Shown here: piece by piece, positions 10,980 to 21,208 of the stretch
Layout: every line of letters begins with the position of its first letter
Numbering within the stretch: position 1 is the stretch's first letter
Source: Sphingobacteriaceae bacterium
GTDB taxonomy: Bacteria > Bacteroidota > Bacteroidia > Sphingobacteriales > Sphingobacteriaceae
Assembly: GCA_046074005.1 (NCBI GenBank)
Contig: JBJTNJ010000124.1
Span: 1 to 57,147, forward strand
Direction of reading: 5' to 3'
Length of the DNA: 57,147 nucleotides
Translations under genes and position numbers: made by a program
The notes under the pieces: model-generated
The model's input: the letters and a program-made list of their open reading frames with translations, nothing else
What the model was told of the DNA's origin: nothing
The model's database searches: none

Positions 10980-12635
10980 TTAGTCAACGTTATCGTGCAA
11001 GAAAGAATTGTTGGGTCTTATTTCGGTAATTCCTTCTTCGCTAGATAAGGTAAATCTAGATACCTGAGATTCTGATGAATGAGGTACATCGTCTAATGAA
11101 AGTTGCTTACGCTTGTAGGCTGGTTCATTTTCTAATTCTTGCAAGCCATTTGAGCTGCGCAATTTCATGCTTAAATCTTTTAAACGCATAATGCGTTCTT
11201 TCGATTTGCGTAATTGCTCTTCTATTGAATCGTCGGTTTTGGTGGCATCTTCATGTAACTCCACCATTTCTACCACTTGTGTCTCGTCTGCTACCTCTTC
11301 TTCCTCTTGGGGAGCAGCGGCGCTGATATAGCTATCAAAAGGCAATTCGGCTTCTTCTACTTTCAACTCAAATTCGAAGGCCGAAGAGCTTGCCGTTTCT
11401 TCTGCAACAGCTTCTTGCGTTACTGTAAACATTTGTGGCTCTGCTAGTTCTTCGAAGTGAATAACTTCTGATTCTGAGGAAGGAACTGAAGATACGCCAG
11501 CGAAAAGATCGAGTACACTTGTGGTTAATTCAGGATCTTCCACTTCTTCTTCGGCAATAATTTCAGGTGCCGTGAAAAAGCTGTTTACGTGTTCTACTGG
11601 CTTAACTAGCGGGGCATTCTCCACCGCAAAATCAGTACGTACATTGGTGGCTTGGCTACGCTCTTGCTGACGTTCTTCGGTGGTTTGGAAACCGGTTGCA
11701 ATAATTGTTACGGCTAATTTATCGCCCAAACTTTCGTCGGTGCAATTTCCCCAAATAAGATCAGCAGCTAAGCCAGCTTCTTGTTGAATATAATCGGTAA
11801 TTACTGTTACTTCGTCCATGGTAACTTCTTTATCACCAGAACTAATGTTTAATAAGATGTAACGGGCACCTTCAATTTCGTTGTCTTCTAACAAAGGAGA
11901 GTTTAGCGCACCTTCTACCGCTTTTAACGCACGATTATCGCCTTCGGCAGCATAACTACCCATAATAGATACACCACTATCTTTCATTACAGTACGCACA
12001 TCTTTAAAATCGACGTTGATATAGCCCGGTATGGTAATAATCTCGGCAATTCCTTTGGCAGCCGTGGTTAAAATATCGTCGGCTTGGCCAAATGCCGAAC
12101 CTAGGGTTAGGTTTCCGAAAATTTCACGTAAACGGTCGTTAGAAATTACCAGGAACGAATCCACGTATTTCTTCATTTCTTCCAAACCTTCTTCGGCTTG
12201 CATTTTACGACGTTTTCCTTCAAAAGAGAAAGGGGTGGTTACAATACCTACCACCAAAATATCTAATTCTTTTGCAGCTTTTGCAATAATTGGGCTTGCT
12301 CCTGTTCCTGTACCACCACCCATTCCGGCGGTAATAAACAACATTTTGGTATTTGCACCCAACATTTCTTTAATATCGTCTATATTTTCGATAGCCGAAT
12401 TTTTACCCACTTCGGGAATAGAGCCGGCTCCCATTCCTTCGGTTAAACTTGCACCTAATTGTACTTTATTCGGAATAGGGCTTAATTCTAATGCTTGAGC
12501 ATCTGTATTACAGATAATAAAGTCTACACCAGTAATTCCTTGACGGTACATATGATTTACGGCATTACCGCCGCCGCCGCCTACACCAATCACCTTAATA
12601 ATAGATGATTTTTCTTTTAACATTTCAAACTGCAT
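10980..12635 (-). CDS. ftsZ: Cell division protein FtsZ (long acidic C-terminal linker)
   Basis: 551 aa. Tubulin signature GGGTGTGASP, N-terminal IKVIGVGGGGGNAV, and last position in the dcw cluster. Confidence 0.97.
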   Translation of the reverse strand: MQFEMLKEKSSIIKVIGVGGGGGNAVNHMYRQGITGVDFIICNTDAQALELSPIPNKVQLGASLTEGMGAGSIPEVGKNSAIENIDDIKEMLGANTKMLFITAGMGGGTGTGASPIIAKAAKELDILVVGIVTTPFSFEGKRRKMQAEEGLEEMKKYVDSFLVISNDRLREIFGNLTLGSAFGQADDILTTAAKGIAEIITIPGYINVDFKDVRTVMKDSGVSIMGSYAAEGDNRALKAVEGALNSPLLEDNEIEGARYILLNISSGDKEVTMDEVTVITDYIQQEAGLAADLIWGNCTDESLGDKLAVTIIATGFQTTEERQQERSQATNVRTDFAVENAPLVKPVEHVNSFFTAPEIIAEEEVEDPELTTSVLDLFAGVSSVPSSESEVIHFEELAEPQMFTVTQEAVAEETASSSAFEFELKVEEAELPFDSYISAAAPQEEEEVADETQVVEMVELHEDATKTDDSIEEQLRKSKERIMRLKDLSMKLRSSNGLQELENEPAYKRKQLSLDDVPHSSESQVSRFTLSSEEGITEIRPNNSFLHDNVD

Positions 12636-12708
12636 ACTGTCTGTTTTTATCTTTTTTATATACGAGAACGTAGTTTTCGCACAGTAATACTACTCAATTT
12701 TAGTAGGA

Positions 12709-12740
12709 CGTTTTCCACATTGGCGCCAATTGTGGAAAAA
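12709..12740. promoter_or_regulatory. Near-perfect 13/14-bp palindrome in the ftsA-ftsZ spacer (candidate operator or RNA hairpin)
   Basis: TTTTCCACATTGG-CG-CCAATTGTGGAAAA with one 1-nt bulge. No T-run follows on the minus strand, so it is not a classical terminator. It contains the 12-mer GTTTTCCACATT that is also present upstream of mraZ. Confidence 0.45.
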
Positions 12741-12761
12741 TGTCGTTCGTGTGGATAATTA

Positions 12762-14123
12762 TTACAGGTAATCTTTGTCGTCGATGCTGTCTTTTACCAC
12801 TTCGTCTTCAATAAACTCCTTGGTTTTTCTAAAAAGCTTAGCGAATAAATTCCCATCATTTGGATTATTTTCTCTGCTGCTTACAAGAACTTCTGGTTCT
12901 TTAGACGCAATCTTCACTTCCGGTGCTGCGTCTGCAGACTGAACGCCATCTATTAGCAAACCAATACTAGTGGCATACATTGGGCTTTTCAGCAAATCGT
13001 AGGTAGCTTTAGGCAATACCTCATTTTTTGCTAAATGCTCGTTCGGGTAGCCTACACGGCAATCTAAACCAGTTACGTACTCTACCAATTGCGGCAAGTG
13101 TTTTAGCTGAGATCCTCCACCGGTAATAATAATTCCGGCAATAAGTTTTTTCTCGTAACCCGACGATTTGATTTCGTAGTATACGTGCTCAATAATTTCT
13201 TCCATACGGGCCTGAATGACGTAGGCCAAGTTTTTAGCAGAAATTTCTTTCGGTTCACGGCCTTTTAAGCCTGGTACGCAAATAATTTCATTGTCTTTGT
13301 TCTCTTCAGCCAAAGCAGAACCAAAACGGGTTTTTAGTAATTCAGCCTGATTGCGCATTACCGAGCAACCTTCTCTAATATCTTCAGTTACGCTATTGCC
13401 CCCAAAAGGAATAACGGCGGTGTGACGGATAATGCCCTCATGGAAAATGGCAATATCTGTGGTTCCACCACCTATATCAACTAGTACTACGCCCGCTTCT
13501 TTTTCTTCTTCGCTTAATACTGCTTCGGCCGAAGCTAAAGGCTCTAACACCAAGCTATCAACTTCTAAAGTGGCATTTTCTACGCATTTTAGAATATTTT
13601 TCACGGCACTTACGTGGCCCGAAATGATGTGAAAATTAGCTTCTAAACGTACGCCAGCCATACCAATAGGGTCTTTAATTCCCGGCTCATTATCTACCGT
13701 AAATTCTTGGGGCAATACATGGATAATTTCTTCTCCGGGAGGCATTACAAGCTTGTACATATCCGACACCAATTTATCGATGTCTGTTTTTTGAATTTCA
13801 CTTGTTAAATCTTTTCGAGTTAAGATTCCGCGATGCTGCAAACTCTTAATGTGTTGTCCGGCGATACCTACGTTAACCACCTTAATTTCTACATTAGATT
13901 GACTGCTGGCATCTTCTACCGCGGCAACGATACCTTGTACGGTTTTCTGAATGTTTGAAACCACTCCTCGAGTTACTCCCGATGAATCGGCTTTACCAAT
14001 TCCTAGCACTTCAATTTTACCATAGTCGCTGCGGCGACCAACAATGGCACAAATTTTAGTGGTACCAATGTCGAGGCCTACAACAATTGGTGAATTTTTA
14101 GCTGATGTAGCGTTATTTTCCAT
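12762..14123 (-). CDS. ftsA: Cell division protein FtsA
   Basis: 453 aa. Actin-fold phosphate motifs VGLDIGTTKI and VDIGGGTTDI, positioned between ftsQ and ftsZ. Confidence 0.95.
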   Translation of the reverse strand: MENNATSAKNSPIVVGLDIGTTKICAIVGRRSDYGKIEVLGIGKADSSGVTRGVVSNIQKTVQGIVAAVEDASSQSNVEIKVVNVGIAGQHIKSLQHRGILTRKDLTSEIQKTDIDKLVSDMYKLVMPPGEEIIHVLPQEFTVDNEPGIKDPIGMAGVRLEANFHIISGHVSAVKNILKCVENATLEVDSLVLEPLASAEAVLSEEEKEAGVVLVDIGGGTTDIAIFHEGIIRHTAVIPFGGNSVTEDIREGCSVMRNQAELLKTRFGSALAEENKDNEIICVPGLKGREPKEISAKNLAYVIQARMEEIIEHVYYEIKSSGYEKKLIAGIIITGGGSQLKHLPQLVEYVTGLDCRVGYPNEHLAKNEVLPKATYDLLKSPMYATSIGLLIDGVQSADAAPEVKIASKEPEVLVSSRENNPNDGNLFAKLFRKTKEFIEDEVVKDSIDDKDYL

Positions 14124-14138
14124 GATTATTCTAATTTA

Positions 14139-14981
14139 TTACTGTTTTACTTTTGCTGAATCTGTTTTTAACGTATCTGCAGGCAAGCTTTGGATGTTGG
14201 CTGACAATCCACTTTTGGTGCAAATAATTTGTTTACTATATTTTAAATTAATGGTTTTATAGGTATTCCATCCCACCTTAGGCATAGCTTGTTTATAAAA
14301 AACGAGCAGTTTGTTCAATTTTGTTTCCAAAGAATCGGCAGTGCCAATAATAATCTGTTGGTCGCCAACCCTAGGCACCAACTGAATATCCTCATTGGCG
14401 TTTACATAAAGTTGCTCTATCTGTTTACTCCACAGCGTATCTTTTGATAAGTATTGGGCTACTTTAAAAAGCTCTTTAGCTACCGGCGTTTTCAGCGTGG
14501 CTACTCTGCCTTCTAAATCCTCGGCAATATTGCCCGTGGCCACCACTACTTGGGCAGTAAAATTGGGACTTACCGGAATTTTATAGCCATTTTCGTCTAC
14601 GTAATAATCTTGGTTTTTTAGATTGAAAATGCGCAGTAGTGGTTCTCTCTGTTCAATGCGCACCCAAACTACACCCGTCATATCGGCATACACCTTGGCT
14701 CTTTTTATAAATGGGTTTGCTTTTAAAGCATCTTCTAGGGCTTGGCTATTAATAGTACTTAAGGCTTTGCCTCTGATATCGCCATTTACGCTCCAAAGAA
14801 TGCGTTCTACTTCTTTTCTACTAACAAAACTTTGTTCGCCGGGTATAAATACTTTTAAGCCCACGCAGTTTACTTCCTGCTTTTTATGTTCAATAAAACT
14901 CATTAATACCACCAAGCCTGCTAAGCAAGTAGTCCAAGTAAATCCTGTCAAAATAGCTTTCCACGGTATGCGCTTAATCAT
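14139..14981 (-). CDS. ftsQ: Cell division protein FtsQ (POTRA-containing)
   Basis: 280 aa with a single N-terminal TM helix and a POTRA-like region. It sits between murC and ftsA and overlaps murC by 8 nt. Confidence 0.8.
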   Translation of the reverse strand: MIKRIPWKAILTGFTWTTCLAGLVVLMSFIEHKKQEVNCVGLKVFIPGEQSFVSRKEVERILWSVNGDIRGKALSTINSQALEDALKANPFIKRAKVYADMTGVVWVRIEQREPLLRIFNLKNQDYYVDENGYKIPVSPNFTAQVVVATGNIAEDLEGRVATLKTPVAKELFKVAQYLSKDTLWSKQIEQLYVNANEDIQLVPRVGDQQIIIGTADSLETKLNKLLVFYKQAMPKVGWNTYKTINLKYSKQIICTKSGLSANIQSLPADTLKTDSAKVKQ

Positions 14982-16329
14982 AGCTCAGTATATTTTTAAG
15001 TGGTTCAACAAGGGTATCTATATCTCCAGCTCCTACCGTTAGTAAGAGTTCGGGCTTATTTACTTTTACTTGGGCCAACACTTCATTTTTGGTAAAAAGG
15101 TGGCGCTCGGCAAGCGTGGTTTTAGCAAGTATCAATTCAGAGTTTACACCTTCAATAGGCAATTCTCTAGCCGGATAAATATCCAATATCCACAATTCAT
15201 CGCTCATGCTTAATGCTTCGGCAAAACCATCGGCAAAATCGCGGGTACGGCTAAATAAATGAGGTTGGAAAATGGTAGTCAGTTTCTTATTCGGATACAA
15301 ACTTTTAACGGCCGTAATACAGGCTTTTAATTCTTCTGGGTGGTGTGCATAATCGTCTATATACACGTGTTTATCGGTTTTAACAAGGTGCTCAAATCGA
15401 CGTTTAACTCCTTTAAAGCTTGCTAAAGCGGCTTTTATTTGCTCTGGGCTGCACGATAACAATAGCGCCACTTTAATGGCCGCTAAGGCATTTTCTACAT
15501 TATGCAAACCTGGTAAACCTAAAGTTATAGCAGGAATAGTTGCTTCGGATGATACATAATCGAACACAAATTGCCCTTGAGCAATGTGTACATTTTGTGC
15601 TTCTATCTGAGCCGGCTGGCTTGCCGAATAGGTATAATTTCCCTCAATAGCTAAACCTGATTTAGTAATTAGCGCACCTTGAGAATCTACTTGAGAAGCA
15701 AACAGTTGGAAAGACTCGGTTAAGTGCTCCGAATCTCCGTAAATATCCAAATGATCGGCATCCATAGAGGTAATTACCGCAATGTTTGGATGCAGGGTTA
15801 AAAACGAACGATCGTATTCATCGGCTTCAACCACCACTATATTGCTCGTACCGAACAATACATTGCTATTATAGTTACTGGCTACTCCGCCCAAAAAAGC
15901 GGAACATTCTTTACCCGAAGCGGTAAGAATGTGAGCTACCATACTAGAGGTTGTTGTTTTTCCGTGGGTGCCCGCAATGGCTACGCAAAACATGCCTTGG
16001 CTAATAATTCCTAGCACCTCGGCTCGTTTTTTAAGCTCAAAACCCTGGGCCTTAAAGTAAGTTAAGATTGCTGAATCGGCAGGTATAGCTGGGGTATAAA
16101 TGACTAATGTTTCTTGGTCGGGCTCCTGAAAACTAATAGGCACCAAGTTTTCATCATCGGTAAAAATAATGTTGATACCTTCAGCTTGCAGGCTATGCGT
16201 AAGCTCGGTTTCGGTACGATCGTAACCACATACCAAGCAGCCTCGTTGGTGGAAATACCGAGCCAATCCGCTCATACCAATTCCTCCAATACCAATAAGG
16301 TATACTCGTGTTATGCTATTAAGCTCCAT
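14974..16329 (-). CDS. murC: UDP-N-acetylmuramate--L-alanine ligase
   Basis: 451 aa. N-terminal GIGGIGMSGLA, Mur ligase P-loop GTHGKTTT, and dcw position. Confidence 0.95.
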   Translation of the reverse strand: MELNSITRVYLIGIGGIGMSGLARYFHQRGCLVCGYDRTETELTHSLQAEGINIIFTDDENLVPISFQEPDQETLVIYTPAIPADSAILTYFKAQGFELKKRAEVLGIISQGMFCVAIAGTHGKTTTSSMVAHILTASGKECSAFLGGVASNYNSNVLFGTSNIVVVEADEYDRSFLTLHPNIAVITSMDADHLDIYGDSEHLTESFQLFASQVDSQGALITKSGLAIEGNYTYSASQPAQIEAQNVHIAQGQFVFDYVSSEATIPAITLGLPGLHNVENALAAIKVALLLSCSPEQIKAALASFKGVKRRFEHLVKTDKHVYIDDYAHHPEELKACITAVKSLYPNKKLTTIFQPHLFSRTRDFADGFAEALSMSDELWILDIYPARELPIEGVNSELILAKTTLAERHLFTKNEVLAQVKVNKPELLLTVGAGDIDTLVEPLKNILSYD

Positions 16330-17440
16330 GAGCCTCCTTTCTATGTCCAGCCAATGCTAGCACTTCTTTTGCAATTACCTCATCAGCATGACTCTTGCCT
16401 AGGCGGCCAATATGTTCTGATAGTGTACGGCACTCTTCGGCATTATTTAACAAAGTCAATACCGTTGGGATTAAGTCTGTTTTTGCTTGGACATCGCTCA
16501 CTAAAAGGGCGGCTTTGTGTTTTACCAAGGCTTGGGCATTTTTGGTTTGATGATCTTCCGCTACATTGGGAGAAGGCACCAAGATCACGGGCTTTTTGAC
16601 CAAACATAATTCGGCAATGGTTCCTGCGCCTGCTCTAGATACAATTACATCGGCTAGGGCGTAGGCTAAATCCATACGGTTTAAAAATTCCAATACTTTT
16701 ATTTGCGGTGGGCATTGTTCTCCCAAACTTGAAGTGATGGTGTTATAATACATCTTTCCTGTTTGCCAAATTACTTGCACACCAGCTGCCACCAAGGCAT
16801 CTAGCGATGCTAAGAACGCCTGGTTTAAGGTTCTGGCACCTAAACTTCCGCCAGTGAGCAAAATGGTTTTTTTAGCGCTATCTAAACCAAAAAACTGTGC
16901 AGCTTCGGCTTTTTTACCTTCAATGTCTACCGATTCTTTACGAACCGGATTGCCGGTTATTTGTACCTTATGGGCAGGAAAATAGGCTTCCATTCCATCA
17001 AAAGCTACACATATTTTTTGCGCTTGCTTCCCTAACCATTTATTGGTAAGGCCGGCATACGAATTTTGTTCTTGAATAAGGTAAGGAATTCCCAAGCCTT
17101 TTGCCGCTAAAAACAAAGGGCCAGAAGCATAGCCACCCACACCCACTGCAGCATCGGGATTAAAGGTTTTAAGAATGTTGCGGGCATGCCACACACTCTT
17201 TAATAATTTAAAAGGCAAGCTAATATTTTTCCAAAGCGCTTTACGCTGTATACCGGCAATATCTAAACCAATAATCTTATAGCCAGCAGCCGGAATTTTT
17301 TCCATTTCCATTCGGCCCAGAGCTCCCACAAACAAGATTTCTGTTTTCGGGTCGATTTTTTGTAATGCTTGCGCAATAGCCAAAGCCGGGAAGATATGTC
17401 CTCCGGTACCACCACCACTTATGATTATGCGCTTGCTCAT
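16319..17440 (-). CDS. murG: Lipid II-forming UDP-GlcNAc transferase
   Basis: 373 aa. GGGTGGHIFPALA motif and dcw position. Confidence 0.95.
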   Translation of the reverse strand: MSKRIIISGGGTGGHIFPALAIAQALQKIDPKTEILFVGALGRMEMEKIPAAGYKIIGLDIAGIQRKALWKNISLPFKLLKSVWHARNILKTFNPDAAVGVGGYASGPLFLAAKGLGIPYLIQEQNSYAGLTNKWLGKQAQKICVAFDGMEAYFPAHKVQITGNPVRKESVDIEGKKAEAAQFFGLDSAKKTILLTGGSLGARTLNQAFLASLDALVAAGVQVIWQTGKMYYNTITSSLGEQCPPQIKVLEFLNRMDLAYALADVIVSRAGAGTIAELCLVKKPVILVPSPNVAEDHQTKNAQALVKHKAALLVSDVQAKTDLIPTVLTLLNNAEECRTLSEHIGRLGKSHADEVIAKEVLALAGHRKEAHGA

Positions 17441-17441
17441 T

Positions 17442-18593
17442 TTATACGTGACCTAAGGCTACTTTTTCTTTCTCTTTTAACTTATGCTCTTCTACATCGC
17501 GACTTACACTTAAAATAATGCCAAAAGCCACACTTGTAAACAAAATAGATGTACCGCCCATACTTACCAATGGCAGAGGCACCCCGGTAACGGGACCTAG
17601 CCCCACCGCTACTGCCATATTTGCAAAAGCTTGTATGGTTAAACTAAAGCTTAACCCCGCCGCCAGCAAGGCACCAAAAGCCTTGGGGCTATGGGTTACT
17701 ATCAATACACATCGATATAGGAATACCAGATAAATAAGTATTAATACAATCCCTCCCACGGCACCATATTCTTCAATAATTAAGGCAAATACAAAATCAG
17801 AATAAGGATGTGGCAATACATTTCGCTGAATACTATTACCAGGCCCTTTGCCGAATAAGCCTCCGGTTGCCACCGCAATCTTGGCTTGATCTGCCTGAAA
17901 AGATTTATCCTTATCTACCTTTTCGGGGTGCAAAAATGTTTGAATACGTGACGTATATGTTTTTCTTCGAGGGCCTAAAAACATTACTCCAGCCAATAAA
18001 ACGCCGCCTAATAAACACACAGCCATAATTTGCTTAATACTAATGCGGCCTATTATTAAGAGCAAAATACTTACTCCAAAAAGCATTAATGCAGTAGATA
18101 AATTGGCCAAAGCAATTAATAAAAACACCACACAAACCGACCCCATTATAGGAATAAAGGCTTTTTTCACGTCCTTTATGTTTTCTTGCTTACGGGTAAG
18201 GGTACGAGCTAAAAAGGTAATAAGCGCCAACTTGGCTAAATCGGAGGTTTGAAAGGTTTGATTAATAATTGGAATAGTTACCCAACGGCTTGCATCGTTT
18301 ACATTAGCTCCAAATAAGAGGGTGTACAACAGCAAAGGAATAGTAATAACCATTAGTAACTTAGAAATTCCGGCGTAGTACTTGTAGTCAAGCAAATGGG
18401 AAAAATACATTAAAGCGATACCTGCCGCAATAAACACAAAGTGTTTAAACAAATAAGCCTCGGTTCCCACGCCTTTTTTATACGCAATGGTTCCAGTTGC
18501 GGAATATACAGCCAATACCGACCACATAGATAGGATCAATACAATGATCCAAATCCATTTGTCGCCTTTTACTTTGCTAAATACCCGTTCCAT
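17442..18593 (-). CDS. ftsW: SEDS-family peptidoglycan polymerase FtsW
   Basis: 383-aa polytopic membrane protein between murD and murG, with a SEDS-like C-terminal GLGPVTGVPLPLVSMGGTS motif. Confidence 0.9.
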   Translation of the reverse strand: MERVFSKVKGDKWIWIIVLILSMWSVLAVYSATGTIAYKKGVGTEAYLFKHFVFIAAGIALMYFSHLLDYKYYAGISKLLMVITIPLLLYTLLFGANVNDASRWVTIPIINQTFQTSDLAKLALITFLARTLTRKQENIKDVKKAFIPIMGSVCVVFLLIALANLSTALMLFGVSILLLIIGRISIKQIMAVCLLGGVLLAGVMFLGPRRKTYTSRIQTFLHPEKVDKDKSFQADQAKIAVATGGLFGKGPGNSIQRNVLPHPYSDFVFALIIEEYGAVGGIVLILIYLVFLYRCVLIVTHSPKAFGALLAAGLSFSLTIQAFANMAVAVGLGPVTGVPLPLVSMGGTSILFTSVAFGIILSVSRDVEEHKLKEKEKVALGHV

Positions 18594-18614
18594 TTTTAGT
18601 ACTAAAAATTGATA

Positions 18615-19967
18615 TTATAATTCTTTAACTGCTTTCTTAAACTGGTTGCCTCTATCCTCGTAGTTTTTAAATAAGTCGAAACTGGCACATGCTGGAGAAA
18701 GCAAAACCGTATCTCCTTTTTTAGCTAAATGATAGGCCACTTGAGCAGCCTCACTTGCCGAAAATGTATTTACAATTACTTCCACATCATCCTCAAAAGC
18801 ATCGTGAATACGGCTATTATCTTTCCCCAAACACACAATGGCTTTCACTTTTGCTTTTACCAAATCCTTTAACATGTTATAATCGTTACCTTTATCAACG
18901 CCACCCAAAATAAGTACCACATCGGTAGTCATGCTTTCTAAGGCATACCAGGTTGAGTTCACATTCGTTGCTTTAGAATCATTAATGAAGTTGATGCCAG
19001 AAATACGGGCAACCTGCTCTAATCGGTGTTCGATATTGGTAAAATTACCCATGCTTTCGCGGATAGTTTCGTTGCGTAAATCCAATACTTTGGCAACAAT
19101 GCCCGAAGCCATTGAATTGTACAGATTGTGTTTGCCTTGTAGGGCTAGTTCGGTAATTAACATATCGAAAGTTGGTTTAGGGGCTTGTTTAAGATCTATT
19201 TTTAGATGATCCTGTTCTAAGTATGCTCCGGGTTCTACTACTTTTTGAATAGAGAATGGATAGCAGGTTGCCTTAGGCTGAATGCGGTCTAAGCCTTTCA
19301 TTGTTTCAGGATCGTCGGCGCAATACACAAATACATCCGCCTCGGTTTGATTTTGAATAATGCGGAATTTTGAATTCACATAGTTCTCCATCTTGTATTC
19401 GTAGCGATCTAAATGATCGGGGGTAATGTTTAACAATACGGCGATATCTGCTTTAAAATCGTGCATGTTATCGAGCATAAAACTGCTTATCTCCAATACA
19501 TAGTAATCTACCTCTTGGTTGGCTACTTGGCGGGCAAAGCTTTGCCCAATATTGCCTCCCAAGCCTACGTTTACACCGGCATTTTTTAGAATGTGGTAAG
19601 TAAGCATGGTAGTAGTAGATTTACCGTTAGAACCAGTAATAGCAATTAATTTTGCTTGGGTATACCGGGCGGCAAATTCTATTTCCGAAAGAATAGGAAT
19701 TTGCTTTTCAACTAATTTTTGAATAATGGGTGCCTTATCTGGGATACCCGGGCTTTTAATTACTTCGCTAGCCGCAAGTATTTTGTCTTCGCTGTGCTGA
19801 TTCTCCTCAAAGGCAATAGCTAGTTCTTTTAGTTCCTTCTTGTAAGCTGGTGCAATAGCGCCAAAATCTGACACAAACACCTCATAGCCTTGCTTCTTAG
19901 CCAAACATGCTGCTCCCACCCCACTTTCGCCGGCTCCCAAAATTGCGATATATGGCTGTTGGCTCAT
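18615..19967 (-). CDS. murD: UDP-N-acetylmuramoylalanine--D-glutamate ligase
   Basis: 450 aa. N-terminal Rossmann motif GAGESG, P-loop GSNGKSTTT, and dcw position. Confidence 0.95.
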   Translation of the reverse strand: MSQQPYIAILGAGESGVGAACLAKKQGYEVFVSDFGAIAPAYKKELKELAIAFEENQHSEDKILAASEVIKSPGIPDKAPIIQKLVEKQIPILSEIEFAARYTQAKLIAITGSNGKSTTTMLTYHILKNAGVNVGLGGNIGQSFARQVANQEVDYYVLEISSFMLDNMHDFKADIAVLLNITPDHLDRYEYKMENYVNSKFRIIQNQTEADVFVYCADDPETMKGLDRIQPKATCYPFSIQKVVEPGAYLEQDHLKIDLKQAPKPTFDMLITELALQGKHNLYNSMASGIVAKVLDLRNETIRESMGNFTNIEHRLEQVARISGINFINDSKATNVNSTWYALESMTTDVVLILGGVDKGNDYNMLKDLVKAKVKAIVCLGKDNSRIHDAFEDDVEVIVNTFSASEAAQVAYHLAKKGDTVLLSPACASFDLFKNYEDRGNQFKKAVKEL

Positions 19968-21208
19968 TAGCGAAGTTTTAAAGTTACGATGGTTAAAATG
20001 GCTAGTAGGATACCCATAATCCAGAAACGGGTAACAATTTTGGCTTCGTGATAGCCTTTTTTCTGATAATGATGGTGTAGTGGCGACATCAAGAATACTC
20101 TACGACCTTCGCCATATTTACGCTTGGTGTATTTAAACCAACTTACCTGAATAATTACCGATAAATTTTCTACCAAAAACACCCCACAAAGCATTGGGAT
20201 TAACAATTCTTTGCGAATCATGATGGCAAAGGCGGCAATAATTCCACCAATAGCTAAACTACCCGTATCGCCCATAAATACTTGAGCCGGGTACGAATTG
20301 TACCATAAAAATCCTACGCAAGCTCCCACAAAGGCTCCAGCAAAAACCACCAACTCGGCAGAGTTAGGGATGTACATAATGTTTAGGTAATTGGCAATAA
20401 TGGTATTACCCGATACATAGGCCAATACCGCCAAGGTGATGCCAATAATGGCCGAAGTGCCGGTAGCTAATCCGTCTATACCATCGGTAATGTTAGCCCC
20501 ATTAGATACCGCCGTGATAATAACAATAACAAACAGTAAGAACACGATAAGGGCGTAACGTTGATAGCCATCGCCCATAAATTTGAGCACTTTGGCGTAA
20601 TCAAACTCGTTGTTTTTATAAAAAGGCACATTGGTTAAGGTCGATTTTACATCGCGGGTGTAAACGGTTTTGCCCTCTAATTGATGCATAGAAATTCCGG
20701 AAGTTTGTACCTGCGGTTTTGTTACTTGTTCCCGAACCACAATATCGGGGTGGAAATACATCGTCCAACCAATAATGAGGGCTAAGCCTACTTGGCCCAT
20801 AATTTTAAACCTACCAGCTAGACCTTCTTTATCTTTTTTAAATACTTTAATGTAATCGTCAACAAAACCAATGGCTCCCATCCAAACGGTAGTGATAAGC
20901 ATTAATAGCACATAAATATTATCGATTTTAGCGAATAAAAGGGTAGGTACTAAAATGCCAAGCAGAATAATAATTCCGCCCATGGTTGGGGTGCCCTGCT
21001 TCTCAATTTGCCCTTCCAAGCCCAAGTTGCGAACAGTTTCGCCAACTTGCTTGTTGCGCAACATATCAATCAACCTACGTCCGTAAACAGTGGTAATAAG
21101 CAAGGAAAAAATAACCGCCATACCCGTACGGAAGGAGATAAATTGGAACAAACCTGCTCCAGGAATATTATATAATTTATCTAACCAAGTGAATAAGTAG
21201 TATAACAT
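19967..21208 (-). CDS. mraY: Phospho-N-acetylmuramoyl-pentapeptide transferase
   Basis: 413-aa polytopic membrane protein with conserved VDDYIK and [13 protein letters not shown] motifs. It overlaps murD and murE by 1 nt each. Confidence 0.95.
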   Translation of the reverse strand: MLYYLFTWLDKLYNIPGAGLFQFISFRTGMAVIFSLLITTVYGRRLIDMLRNKQVGETVRNLGLEGQIEKQGTPTMGGIIILLGILVPTLLFAKIDNIYVLLMLITTVWMGAIGFVDDYIKVFKKDKEGLAGRFKIMGQVGLALIIGWTMYFHPDIVVREQVTKPQVQTSGISMHQLEGKTVYTRDVKSTLTNVPFYKNNEFDYAKVLKFMGDGYQRYALIVFLLFVIVIITAVSNGANITDGIDGLATGTSAIIGITLAVLAYVSGNTIIANYLNIMYIPNSAELVVFAGAFVGACVGFLWYNSYPAQVFMGDTGSLAIGGIIAAFAIMIRKELLIPMLCGVFLVENLSVIIQVSWFKYTKRKYGEGRRVFLMSPLHHHYQKKGYHEAKIVTRFWIMGILLAILTIVTLKLR

